Source: Phoronis australis
Taxonomy: Eukaryota; Animalia; Phoronida
DNA length: 64,000 nt
Assembly: GCA_002633005.1 (NCBI GenBank)
Contig: NMRA01000283.1
Location: forward strand, 124,001 to 188,000
Direction of reading: 5' to 3'
Shown here piece by piece: positions 27,100 to 39,132 of this stretch. Positions within the stretch are counted from its first letter, which is position 1; each line of letters opens with the position of its first letter. The notes beneath the pieces were generated by a model. That model saw nothing but the letters and a program-made list of their open reading frames with translations, did no database searches and was not told where the DNA came from. A program made the position numbers and the translations under genes.

Positions 27100-28410
27100 A
27101 GACATCCAGTTGAGAAAACAGATCAAGTCTGAGTAAAATAAGGGAATAAAAACTTTCAAAATTAGCGATGTTGCGTCCGAATCTCCCGGACTTCAGCTTG
27201 GCTTGTGACGTTATCGTTATTCTGGCCAATTGGTGGCGTTATGACCAGACGGCGCGGCATAGACATCAGAACACCATCCCATACGTGTGACAAATCGAAT
27301 CTTAAACCGCCTCTTTTATTTAAAGAGGGACTCTCAATGCGCTCATGGAAAGCTTCTTTTACACCCCTTAACTGAACTAATCTTCCTCAAAGTCTATGAT
27401 AATGACATCATGAGTATTGAAATCATGTCCAGTGGCACTCAGATGGCTTAAAATAGCTGCATCATAAGTGTCCCCGTAAGTAGGACGACGATGTTGTGCC
27501 ATACGCAGAAACCATGTAAAGACGGTAAGCTACCTTTTCTGGACTGTTTAGTCTCCATTAAACATAACAGATCATTTGACACAAAGGTTTACCGCAAGAA
27601 TACTCACACTGACCACTATCTGCAATTTGACTCGAACCATCCTCTCATCCACAAGCTGGGTGTGATTCGCACTTTGAACCACACAGCTAACACTATCATT
27701 TGCGATCCTTCGACCATTTCTGAGGAACTGAATTATACTAAATAATTATGCTCTTGCCAAATGCGTTTATCCACGTTGGTCGTTCACCAAAGCGAAAGAT
27801 CAGAGATCGAGGAGAAAAGCAAACACTTAGACAACCACTACTGTGAGTTCTCCTACTCTTGTACGTACTCCAGGGTCTTTTTGATCGCCTCAAGAGGACA
27901 TTTAAACAGTTTGACATTTCTATCATCCACAAACCCTTTAATTCTCTCCGCAGGCAACTGGTTAATGGCAAGGACAACACGCCCAAGGGTAATAAATCAT
28001 GTGTTGTCTAGTGGTGTCCAGTGTAAGGATCCCCAGTGCTCAGACAATTACATTGGTGAAAGAAACAGTCCATAAAAATGCGTATGTCAAAACATCGTCT
28101 TCCAAGTTACGGGGACACTTACGATTCGGCTATTTTTAGCCACACGTGCGCCACTGGACATGATTTCAATACTGATGATGTCACTGGCCTAGACTTTGAG
28201 GAAGACTGGTTCAGAAGGGGTGTACAAGAATCTTTCCATGAGCGCATTGAGAGTCCCTCATTAAATAAAAGAGGCTGTTTAAAATTCGATTTTTCGATGG
28301 GATGGTGTTCTGGCGTCAATGCCGCGCCGTCTGGTCAAAATGCCATCAATTGGCCAGAATAACGATAACGTCACAAGCCAAGAGGAAGTCCGCGAGATGC
28401 ACACGCAACG
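27100..28410 (+). mobile_element. Penelope-like retroelement remnant (RT C-terminus plus GIY-YIG endonuclease) with an inverted copy of its 3' end at the 5' side
   Basis: DGKLPFLDCLV...TKVYRKNTHTDHYLQFDSNHPLIHKLGVIRTL (PLE RT thumb), then QCKDPQCSDNYIGE...SAIFSH...GHDF...RRGVQES...PSLNK (GIY-YIG). 27170-27508 is the reverse complement of about 28079-28410. Confidence 0.88.
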
Positions 28411-28710
28411 TAGTAATAGACTCAAACTTGATCCACTTCAAATTTACCTGCTGGATAAGTTTGATTGTTGCATGACGTCAGGTGCATTATTTAACAATAA
28501 CAACGTTGCGCGTCATTGTTGCTATGCAGCGTATAACTTTTCTGCAACTGGGCCCAGGTGATTTTTTTAAAGTGATATATGTTTATTTTGGAATACACAG
28601 TACATTCAAGGAAAATAATGACAAACCCAGAAATCGCGAGGCATTATATCTGGGTTGTACACGGTACATAGATGAAAGTAGTGTATATAAAACTATATAA
28701 GTAGTATCAA

Positions 28711-29420
28711 ATTTATTTATTTATTTATTACAAGACCTTCTCAAGGAAGAACGAGAAAAAATATACTGAGTAACAAAGAATAGACAAATTAAAATTAAAT
28801 TGAAATGCTCTGGTCAGAAGTCTCAGAAGAAAAAACTCAGCAGACATATTATTTGAGCGAAGGGGGAGTCTGAGAGAGTCCACAATACATTAATACACTC
28901 AAATGACCTACATGTAGGCGGGCGTTGGACAGATGATCGACAAAACAGACCAATAGGGGACAACGCCATGCCAATTATTCTAGCTGGGAGGGTCCCGGAA
29001 ACAACCACACCCTCCTGCAAGTACATAGATAGAAAATGTATATTCAGGCGTCTACACGGAGGGTTCACACGACAAACCCGCCTAAATAAGCCATGCAGTA
29101 GAGTCATCAACAACCGACTGAACGCTCGAGATGCCAAGGTATGATGACTTCTGTCACCTAACCCGTAAGACTGTTTAACAACACGGCAGTTTCTCCAGTT
29201 TACATGAACTTGTCTTAGTTGTGTGCAGAGCCTCGAAACCATAAGTACAGGCTATCATGTGGTAAAGGGTGACCTGAGACTCACAAGGATGAGACAAACC
29301 AGGTTGTCTAAGGGAATAGAATGATTTTCTAAATTTGTGATATCTAGCATCTAAATGAGTAGACGAGTAAACAGACTCAGAGAAAGTAACTCCTAAGATC
29401 GCCAATCGATCAGTGTTATC
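28711..29420 (-). mobile_element. 5'-truncated CR1/L2-group LINE 3' fragment with a (TAAA)n tail
   Basis: ILGVTFSES...HLDARYHKFRKSFYSL...LY...YGFE...LEK...KQSYGLGDRSHH is a post-RT LINE region; (ATTT)n at 28711-28730 is the tail on the minus strand. Confidence 0.65.
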
Positions 29421-30409
29421 CTTTCAAACGCCGACTTTGTGCTTATAAAACAGCCCTTGATGCCAAATAGAGTCAAAGTATTTCCCTGCATCTAAACTAC
29501 AAATGAACAGGTTGGAATTAGTATATCTAGAATAATGAATAAGATCATTAAGGAGAGAACCAAGTGTTCAAACATTTAAATATGGTATTACAAACATATT
29601 TAAAAATAAACAAAAACAGCGATTTTACACACATGGAAATTAGAAGCTCCGAGTATTATAAGTGATGCATAAAAATTACTAACATTACTTAAGAGGAATT
29701 TATTGAGAAAAAGGTAGAAATTTAGAGAACCATTTAATTAATATTAAGGTAAGTTTATTAGAAATATTATTACAAGAATTTTCTTTTTGATAGACTCATG
29801 ACCGAACATGCTTCGCTTAGTACAACGAACAAAACAACCGCCAATCGACCGAGTCTAGACAAGAAGAATCAACCAAGGCACCATGGGGCCAGCAACAACG
29901 TTATCTCTAGAGGTGGACGAGTCGTTGGTTCATTGATGTCTTGCAGTTTACACGGCCAGTTGATACGAACGATTGTAACCAATCAAAATTGTATCGATGA
30001 TCACATTGTTTTTAAAAGCAAAAGGCTGAGGTGCTTGTTATCTCGTTTAGTTGCTGTTTGGTGAACACAAATAGTTTTGAATTTCGTGAAGAATATTAAT
30101 TCTGAGGGGTGCCCAACAATTCGCGTCAAACCTCTTAAACTACTTTTGCTTTGTTATACATCTATAACAAGAATTTGTCCGTCATGATAAGGTACATCCC
30201 AGCTTGGAAAAGTATTTCTAAGTTACGATTATTCACGATTGTCGAATTTGATGTCGATGAGGTAAAAGCTTTCCAATCGACAATGTTAAAACTCTTTGGA
30301 CAAAATCTACAGTAATTAACGCAATTGTAACTACTCACGTGTTTATACGTAATAATGTGTATTTGAATACAAACGGCACCAACGTCACAGCGTGTGACGT
30401 ATTCTTCGA

Positions 30410-33400
30410 ATGCAAATGTCGGAAGAGGTTATAGTAAAAATGCCTGAGGAAATAAGATTCACTTACAATGTACTGGATGAGTTGAAGGAAAGGAAACGGT
30501 GAGTCTAACACAGGTGTTGTTCAGGTAGTAACGCATAGCAGACATTCTGAAAGATTTGAGGCAGAATCAGAGATAACAATTTCCCATTACTCAAGTGTAT
30601 CGAATTTGCGCATCGCCATTTTTCAATAGTCAAGACAGGACAATCTCACCTCTAGTGATGCCGCATGGAATTGAAATGTTTATTAATCTATGAAACGTCT
30701 ACACCTATTTTCATTTCAGGACAATGAACGATGATATAAAGACGTTGAAAGGATGCCTGAAACGAAATTCACGGGACACTAAACTAATTAAGAAAATGAT
30801 GAAGAGTAAGGAATATTCATATTACATACCAACTCCAATATCAATTTTCCATAATACTTTGTTATGACAGAACTCCTAATGTATAACTTCAATGTTAAAT
30901 ATTTTTGTAATTTCATTTTTATTTGAAGCCCGAAATGCCCCGGTCTTTTGGTAGTCCGTCTTTGATTTAAATCATACACGAGCCGCAGATTTTGTATCAG
31001 GCTCCTCACTGGATATGGAAAGGATCTCTAGGTTTCCAGAAGAACTAGCAGATTGTAAAGTGATCCACTAAATAAGGTGACTTGCCAGCCCACCAGAAAA
31101 ATGATGGCGTATTGAGACTGGTATCAAGCTAGCTATGTCTAACTGCTACTTTTTCCTAAATCAAGAAGTCATTTATAATCACAATATGGAACTAAGTTGA
31201 GAGCACTTTGAAAGAAGGCAAGTTCTGTTAAGTTTAGTGCTTTGGACGGAAGGTCGATCCATGCATTGAGATACCAGTGGCGGAAAAAGGGGGATGGGGC
31301 CAAGGGGGCCATGGCCCCCCATAACATTGTCCCAGATACCATTTGGCAGCTCAGGGTGCGAATTGCTGGCTGACTGGCATGTGTGCGCACCCAGAGGGGC
31401 GCGGGGGGCGAATGCACAATGCATAGGCCTTGAACAACTTCTGTTTACCTTTTTAGTAATAAGGTCCACGGTCCACAAACCCAAAAATTCGACAACCCTG
31501 CATTAGGCTGGGCACGCGCATGTGGCGAAACTCTGGTTATTCCTGTACCCTGGCCCCCACTTACTCAAAATCCTGGATCCGCCCCTGGATACTGCCATAA
31601 ATTTAGTTTGATATTGTGTATACATGTAATGTTCAACCCTGTACAAAGACATGTATTGTTCAAGAAACGTAATATTTCTGTCTTTTTTTCTCCTAAATCA
31701 GTTTGATTCAACAAGTAATAGTCTCTTTTTCAACTGGTACCAACGAATCACTAATTGAGCCAATGCAAACTTGGCAACAGAGCTTGTTAGACACCCAAAA
31801 GTTCAATATATTTGTAGATATTCACATACATGAACAGTGTTGTTACAGCTAAATGTAACGAATCGAGAATATATTTCGATTTTAGATTGGAATCCTATCA
31901 ACGCTTTACCATCTTTTTTCAACTAGGTCAGGAAAAAATCTCACAAGAGTCAGTAGAGGAACTCAGAGAGCTGCTGCCGCTCTTTGGTGGTGGCACCAGA
32001 TTATACAAGATGGAGATCGCGGAGTCCAAGGATGCAATTAGAGAGTACAATGTGTAAGTTTGAGTGGTGGAGCGGATGGTGTTGTCTGCTTACGCTTACC
32101 TTTGACTTGGGACTTGATTCGTATCATAACATGTAGCTATACCTGTAGAATTGACGAATTTTTGCTTTTTGACTGCTTCATTTATGTACGGCAATTTACT
32201 AAAGATAAGAATGAATGGGCAAGAAGTCTTTCAACAAAAAGATACAACATGTCGTTAAAGACGTAGATAGCAAGAGTCTTTTAAATATCATTGACTGTCA
32301 AAGAGTAAATAGTAGTCGAACTAAAATTTTATTAGTGCTCTGGTTAATCTTGACTTGTCGTTGCACTCTTAACCTTGTTTATTTTCACAGTGTTATTTCT
32401 GACCTGAAGAAAGACCAGAAAAGTCTTAAATCGAAGCAGAAAAAGTTGAAATCTCTCGTAAAGGTAACTTGGACATCCTTACAAATTAAATCAAATTTCA
32501 ATAAAGTAGAAATTTGAATAAATGATAAGACATCTTGTACAGTAGTCAATGAGAGATTGTTCCTTTCAGAGAGAAAAACGCTTTAGAGAACGTTTTGTCA
32601 AGCTGCAGTCCATAAAACGAGAGGAAATAACTTTGAAGCAAGTTGATCAGAGATCGGACGCTCACTGGCAGTTTGAAAGAACGCAGCAGCGTATTGAAGA
32701 GCTGGAAGAAGAAATACATGCCATTAATTATCGATACCGTCAAGTGAGTCAGAAAAGGGTGTTTTTAAAAACGCCTAACGACCATTTATCAAAATGAGTT
32801 CTAATGACTTGGAAAACACTTCCTTTATACCTGAAAAGATCGGAAGGTTTTCAAGTCTAAAAGGCATATATGCACCAACACTTTGGCATTGACTGAGCTT
32901 AATAAGAAATAACATTTTCACTTTATTAGGAAGACGGACAAAAAATAATTCGATCAATCCATGTGTTTTTAAAAAAGTTGAGACTTTCGACACTGGGGTC
33001 TACAATAATAGCTGGTCAAACTTAATCGTACTCAAATTTTCTGTAGAATGTAAAAGTTGATCTCAAATGTTTGTCCGAATCCTTATTTTGGCATGATTTC
33101 GTCAAAAAATGGAACAAACTAAGAAAAATCTCAAAACAATGTAAGGTACTAAAAACAAAATGTTTGCCTTTTGTTATATTTAAATTGAGCAATATGCCTT
33201 CCTAATACCGGATGCTTACGTACGTATACACTCCATGCTTAATAAGCTCTGGGAAATGTTCGTCTCAGGCTCATCTTAGCGTGACATTTTCTGCCCAAAT
33301 CAGTAATCTTTTTAAAGGTGTTCATTTCCATATGTTTGAGAATGTTTATTTTCTTTAAGGTACAAAATTTCTACGCCTATCGTCGCTCAGGGTAAGCACT

Positions 33401-33864
33401 TTCAGAGACACAATTTCAGCTTCACCCTAAAAACGACTAATTAATTTCACGCCTTGCAACCCCGAAAAGCGCCTAAATGTGTTAAGTGGGGGTCAACAAT
33501 AAAAACGGGTATTGCTTTTCTACGTGTACTAGTCTAACCAAAAAACCGTCCGAACTAAACATGTGGAAATGTCTGTGTCCATAGCAGTCTTCTCATTCGG
33601 AATACCTTTTTGAAAAGTGAAACAATAACACCTGAATGCTAACATAATTTTCACTATTTTGTTAATTTTAGCTTGACTACATCGATCCATGACCTGGTTT
33701 ACCCTGTTCCACCAATTGACTTCTCCGATGAAGAAGACTCGGAAGACGAACCAGAAGAGGAAAAACGTGTCGAGCAGCAGACAACCATTGACGAAGAAGG
33801 TTCATTGAAACCAGATGGCGGCGGCGTTATGCGCGTTTTTGTCCAGCCCTGTTGCGTGCAGTAG
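30410..33864 (+). CDS. Uncharacterised coiled-coil protein with acidic tail and C-terminal CaaX (CCVQ), about 255-257 aa; exons 30410/30416-30498, 30720-30805, 31927-32053, 32391-32463, 32570-32743, 33360-33391, 33672-33864
   Basis: Six GT-AG introns with consensus donors (gtgagt, gtaagg, gtaagt, gtaact, gtgagt, gtaagc). Phases 2,1,2,0,0,2 are all concordant and give one uninterrupted frame: MSEEVIVKMPEEIRFTYNVLDELKERKRTMNDDIKTLKGCLKRNSRDTKLIKKMMKSQEKISQESVEELRELLPLFGGGTRLYKMEIAESKDAIREYNVVISDLKKDQKSLKSKQKKLKSLVKREKRFRERFVKLQSIKREEITLKQVDQRSDAHWQFERTQQRIEELEEEIHAINYRYRQVQNFYAYRRSGLTTSIHDLVYPVPPIDFSDEEDSEDEPEEEKRVEQQTTIDEEGSLKPDGGGVMRVFVQPCCVQ. Confidence 0.88.
31275..31587 (-). mobile_element. 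MITE (same family, 5-bp TSD GATAC) in intron 2 of the CaaX gene
   Basis: gatac|CAGTGGCGGA...AAAATCCTGGATCCGCCCCTG|gatac. Confidence 0.8.
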
Positions 33865-34070
33865 GGAGACGGCGAACAACTGCGCAACAACTAGAGACTT
33901 GAACTAATTTACTTTGACACTACTTTGTTATTGTTTATTTCCTGGTTTAGTCCTGCCAGGATGCCGTTATAGTGCATTACCTTCACGTTTCAAGCATTGA
34001 ATATGGCGTTCTTACGTGAGATGTTAGTTATACTGCCCGTCATGTGATGACTCATACTGCATGTGCATGG

Positions 34071-34276
34071 AAATATTTATTGGCAATTCTTAAGGCTCTA
34101 GCACATACATGTATCACCGTCATAGTGATGAAATCTGACCCAGGACGTTTTCACCTTGCCACATACATCCAGGAACGGGGACGAAAAGCGTGCTTCGCAT
34201 GGTAGAAGGTGGAGGATGGCGCTTACACGTGACCTCAATACCCGCATGCAGTTACTAGAATTGCCAATAAATATTT
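34071..34276. mobile_element. Small MITE-like element with perfect 20-bp inverted repeats
   Basis: AAATATTTATTGGCAATTCT (34071-34090) and AGAATTGCCAATAAATATTT (34257-34276). Confidence 0.65.
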
Positions 34277-36539
34277 TTTCTACGATATCACATGTCGTTG
34301 TTCATGTCAAATCGGCGCAATTGAGTTAATGTATACAAAGTATTTCATAACTTTTCAGACTCACAATTTCTGTTCAAAACGAAAATTTAAATTCGCTGTC
34401 ATATGGCAGTGCGTGAAGAGTCGTAATCCCATCGCGAGCGGGACAAACTTTTTCTCACCGCTGAGTTCCGTGAACACATCTGTGTTGCCAACACTTAAGA
34501 TGCACCTCGCTTTTCTCAGATGGCTAAAAACGAAAATCAACACTATCCCTTTAATGTCATATTTTTTTCTTATAATATTCCTTACCATCACAGCGTCCTA
34601 TTTCCGTTACCAACATGAACAACGAAATCTTCATCGACTCAGACTGAGAGCGATTCGTGATATGCAATCTAATTACACGAAAGCAAAACTGGATATGCTA
34701 GCCGGATATACATGTAATAGTCCAGAGTTGCATGTACCACTACGTACGTTGAATATTTAGTGATGACGTACAGAATCTGCCTCTAATATGACGCGATTTC
34801 AACCCACAAGTGAAAATAACATTGCAGTCACATCACATTTTGAAAATTTTGCAAGTCGTGCATTTTTTCCGATTCAGGTAACTACTGAGGCAATTGAAAT
34901 GAATACAATGTTGTGTGTCATTTATCTGGTAGGACAAAGCTACATCAGGTAGGACTGACGGCCAGCATAGATGAGTTGCATTGGCTATGCACAAGGATAT
35001 ATCGAACACACTTACACTATACCCATAAGAGAGAAAATTTTGTTGTCTCGCTTTAATTCACGTTTCACCAAGCTACATGTATCTGTGGCACGCGAATGAA
35101 GGCAAAAGAGTGGATTTCGCTGATCACCTGGGAGAAAATAAAGGAGAAGAAGTCAGCTACTGTAAATCTAAACGGTATATGCAACAGGGTACGGGTATTG
35201 AGCGTTTTGGTTACTGGTCGATAGATGGCGGTATGTAATTTGTCAAGTAGGATTTGACTTGTGACGTTAAACAGGTATTCAAGGATTAGCTACTGTTCGA
35301 AGTTACCGAAACTCGTGCTTCGAGCTTTCATTTTGTGTGTCTTGTTCGTATTAAGTTGCTGCGTACATGGCCAACTCAGAACGGTGGGCGTCAGTGGCAC
35401 ATGTAGGAGAAACTGACTGGTTGGTTATATTCGTAACTTACTTAAATGAACAGTGAGCGTGTTTATTAAATATGTTTATTAAATAATTTCTAGTAGTGTT
35501 TTTTGCGCGTTACCATGCATGACATACATGTAGCTTAAAGACATTCATGATGTTAAGGCTAGACAGAGAACATTTTCCAAACTTTCGGGAGCTTACGAGA
35601 CGGACCTCAAGATAGCTAGATTGAATTTGCCTAATGATTCGCATAAAGTTAATTTTGTTGTTGAACATTCGACTGGGGTTGCCAAGGAGGAGGTACTCAG
35701 TTAGCAACGGATAACTGTTCTGTAGAAAACGGATGTGTACTGGTTCACAAATTATGGAGAGGCGGGCAACTCGGTGGACATCTTTGTTGACGGGCAACAC
35801 ATACGTTGCAGGTATTGACATTGAATAACAGAATGATTACTACGTTGTAAACAAAGTATTACGCATTCAGGGGAGGGTGGTTGGTGTTTTGTTATTCAGT
35901 CTGTCAAACTCATTTCTAAGCAACTAAAAGTTCTTCCATATTACCTACACTGATTGGCACCCACGCAAGTATCACCCCACAAATCATCGAACAAACGTGG
36001 CCCATTCAAGCAACTAAGTCATTTTTAAGGGTGCTTTCCGACATGCATTTAATGACGGCGTGGTAATATCTCGAACACGCTGTAGGATGGTTGCTACTTT
36101 AACATTTGGGGAACAGGGATAATTTTAAGAGCGCACAGCTCGTCATTGGCGCAAAAATAATTTCACTTATCCACTGTGATTGCTTAAATCGGGCCAGCGA
36201 GATAATTAAAATGGGAAGCTGAAAACTTGGGACAAAGAATAACATAACTCACAGGTCATCCAAATTGGCCCAGAGACTTCAGCCAGTGCGAGTCGATTCA
36301 CCCATACCCACGTTTTTCAAAAATGATCGCTGGGGGACAACATAATTCAATTGATGATGAGAAAAATACGACGGAATACAAACTAATCAGACTCGTGACA
36401 CGTGCACTGGACTGTTACCATGTGTTTACTGTCTTAAAAGTGCAGTGTCACTTATTAAACACGGTTCGAAGGGCAGAATATTGAAGTAAGTTTTGAAGTT
36501 GTATAATGATGTGATGTTAGTTTGATTTTTCGACCCAAC

Positions 36540-36725
36540 CGATGTTTCTGGGTCATACAGGTTCTCAGTTCCCTGTCACGAGCTTGCCCACCACAGAAGC
36601 CAATAAAATCTTGCGTGCTCTAACGGTTTGGGATTGTATAATGCTGCTAAACGAACAATATTCAAAAATTGATATTGCGTTTTTTGACGGAGCTACCCAA
36701 AATCGAAGTTTCTTTCAATCGTGCA
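36540..36725 (+). mobile_element. P-element/THAP9-like transposase remnant
   Basis: FLGHTGSQFPVTSLPT...VWDCIMLL...FFDGATQNRSF resembles the F.G..GFRFP...DGA..NR.F catalytic-Asp region of P-superfamily transposases. Confidence 0.5.
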
Positions 36726-36756
36726 TTGGGGATATTATTTATCTGCAATCGTCCTC

Positions 36757-39089
36757 CTAGCGTGGTGGGAGAACATTGTCCCTAAATTCTCCAAGCACGT
36801 TTCCGGTCGGCCAGTATCTCGCTACGACGATCACGTGATTGAAGTCGGCACTTCTAAACAATGCTTTCGCTACTCCCATCTCCTTCGTTGAGCGCCAGAC
36901 CAACTGAGTGAAATGTCCTGCGTGGAAATGGTGTCTAACGTTAAGTAAACATGGAGTGAATATATAAGTTAGATTCAAAATGTAAAGAAGTTACCGTCAT
37001 TTCCTCTACAAAATTATAACACTGATTACGGTATCTGCCCTCTGGTACGCCGATCACAGGTCAAGCATTCGTTTGTACACAGTTACAGAAGAAAGACTGC
37101 TAAAAGTGCCTGCGAAAACTTTTAAACTGCGAGAACTAGTTAGTAAGTAGAATAAGACTCTAACCCCTGTTCTCATGGAATGCACAATAAAACCTCTTCG
37201 CTGATATGAATGTGCAAATATTAAGTTTAGTTCATAACATTTAACCATACGTAGCCTTCGTCATCGTTAACTTATTCCTTTTGCAGCAAATTCAATTTAC
37301 CTGTTCCGGGTTTAAAGTCAGGTTTCTTGAAATTGTAGTCCTTAATTTCTGAATACCACATGGCCGGCGGGTCTTTTGCTGAAAGACAAACAATGCTTTA
37401 AAGTAAACCACTGACGCACTGCTACGCAAGCTCATTCGACACAATATTTTGTGAATGTCTGTAAGACTTAGGGCTCAGTTCACAGTNAAACAATGCTTTC
37501 GCTACTCCCATCTCCTTCGTTGAGCGCCAGACCAACTGAGTGAAATGTCCTGCGTGGAAATGGTGTCTATCGTTCAGTAAACATGGAGTGAATATATATG
37601 TTAGATTCAAAATGTAAAGAAGTTACCGTCATTTCCTCTACAAAATTATAACACTGATTACGATATCTGCCCTCTGGTACGCCGATCAAGCATTCGTTTG
37701 TACACAGTTACAGAAGAAAGGAAATGTTAAGAGTGCCTGCGAAAACTTTTAAACTGCGAGAACTAGTTAGTAAGTAGAATAAGATTCTAACCCCTGTTCT
37801 CATGGAATAAATTAATCACAATAAAACCTCTTCGCTGATATGAATGTGCAAATATTAAGTTTAGTTCATAACATTTAACCATACGTAGCCTTCGTCATCG
37901 TTAACTTATTCCTTTTGCATCAAATTCAATTTACCTGTTCCGGGTTTAAAGTCAGGTTTCTTGAAATTGTAGTCCTTAATTTCTGAATACCACATGGCCG
38001 GCGGGTCTTTTGCTGAAAGACAAACAATGCCTTAAAGTAAACCACTGACGCACTGCTACGCAAGCTCATTCGACACAATATTTTGTGAATGTCTGTAAGA
38101 CGTAGGGCTCAGTTCACAGTTCGACTGGCTGATTTAGTCGAAATCACAAACTGGTTCATCGAGAACCCTTACTACCACTGTCTCGGAACACCTGCCAAAA
38201 TACTTACATGTACATGTGTATAAATATGCAGTAGCACATTCCATAGATTTTTTCGTGGATGAAGAAGCTCAGCAAAGCCATGGATTTTCATCTCGGGGTC
38301 AAGGAAAAAATTCCCGACCCCAAAATTTAACAAACCATGCGAATTTGGGATTTTTCTCCAGAAAGTTATAAATTCACGACTGTCCCAGTCCCACAGTGGA
38401 GGCATTATCTCAAACCGTCTTGACCTCTTAATTCCAGAAATTTAAGCTCAGATATGTTATATTTTTGAATTTCCCATTTTTCTGAAAGGTATCTTATTTG
38501 CGGCAAAAATTTCAAGAAGCTTCTTTCAATTGTGGCGGCATTTACACATCCGGGTAGACCAGGACATTTTTTGTGTTTAAAATAACTTTTAAGTCGTGGC
38601 AGTCTCTCCAAACTTAGCAGTGACGGATTTACGGGGGGACAAGGGGGATATGTCCCCCCTAAAATTCTCCAAGATTCCATTTGGCAGTAAGGGAGTGCGA
38701 ATGTCTGACGGGAAAGATCCTGGCTAGTAATCTGTCCTGGTCCCCTTAACTCAAAATCCTGGATCTAGCTCTGCTTCGTCTACATAATTGCCATCAAACC
38801 TGTCCTATACTACTTCGTAATTCTTGAGTGGAGTTACAGTGGTCCAAACTGTGGCTTTCGACCGATACCCTGTACGTTACCTTATTCATTTCACTGTACA
38901 ATGCAAAAACTTATGATTTCAATCACTTCGCGATATGACAGTTAAAAGCCTTATGCGAATGTGAGGAAGCGGACAGAACGAAATGCAGCTTTTAAGTCTA
39001 ATGTTCGAGACCTCTCCCCCAGTCCGATGGTTTTAATTTGGCGTGACTTCGTGGAGTTTTGAACATGTTGTTTGGGTATGTGTGTGTTA

Positions 39090-39132
<43 letters not shown>

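Noticed and set aside
34329-34760. 143-aa ORF with a hydrophobic segment
   Set aside because: No recognisable domain or splice support; AT-rich sequence readily yields such hydrophobic stretches
37301-37549. Tandem duplicated CAP exons suggesting a two-domain or alternatively spliced protein
   Set aside because: The copies are near-identical including introns and are split by a single N, so an assembly artefact is more likely
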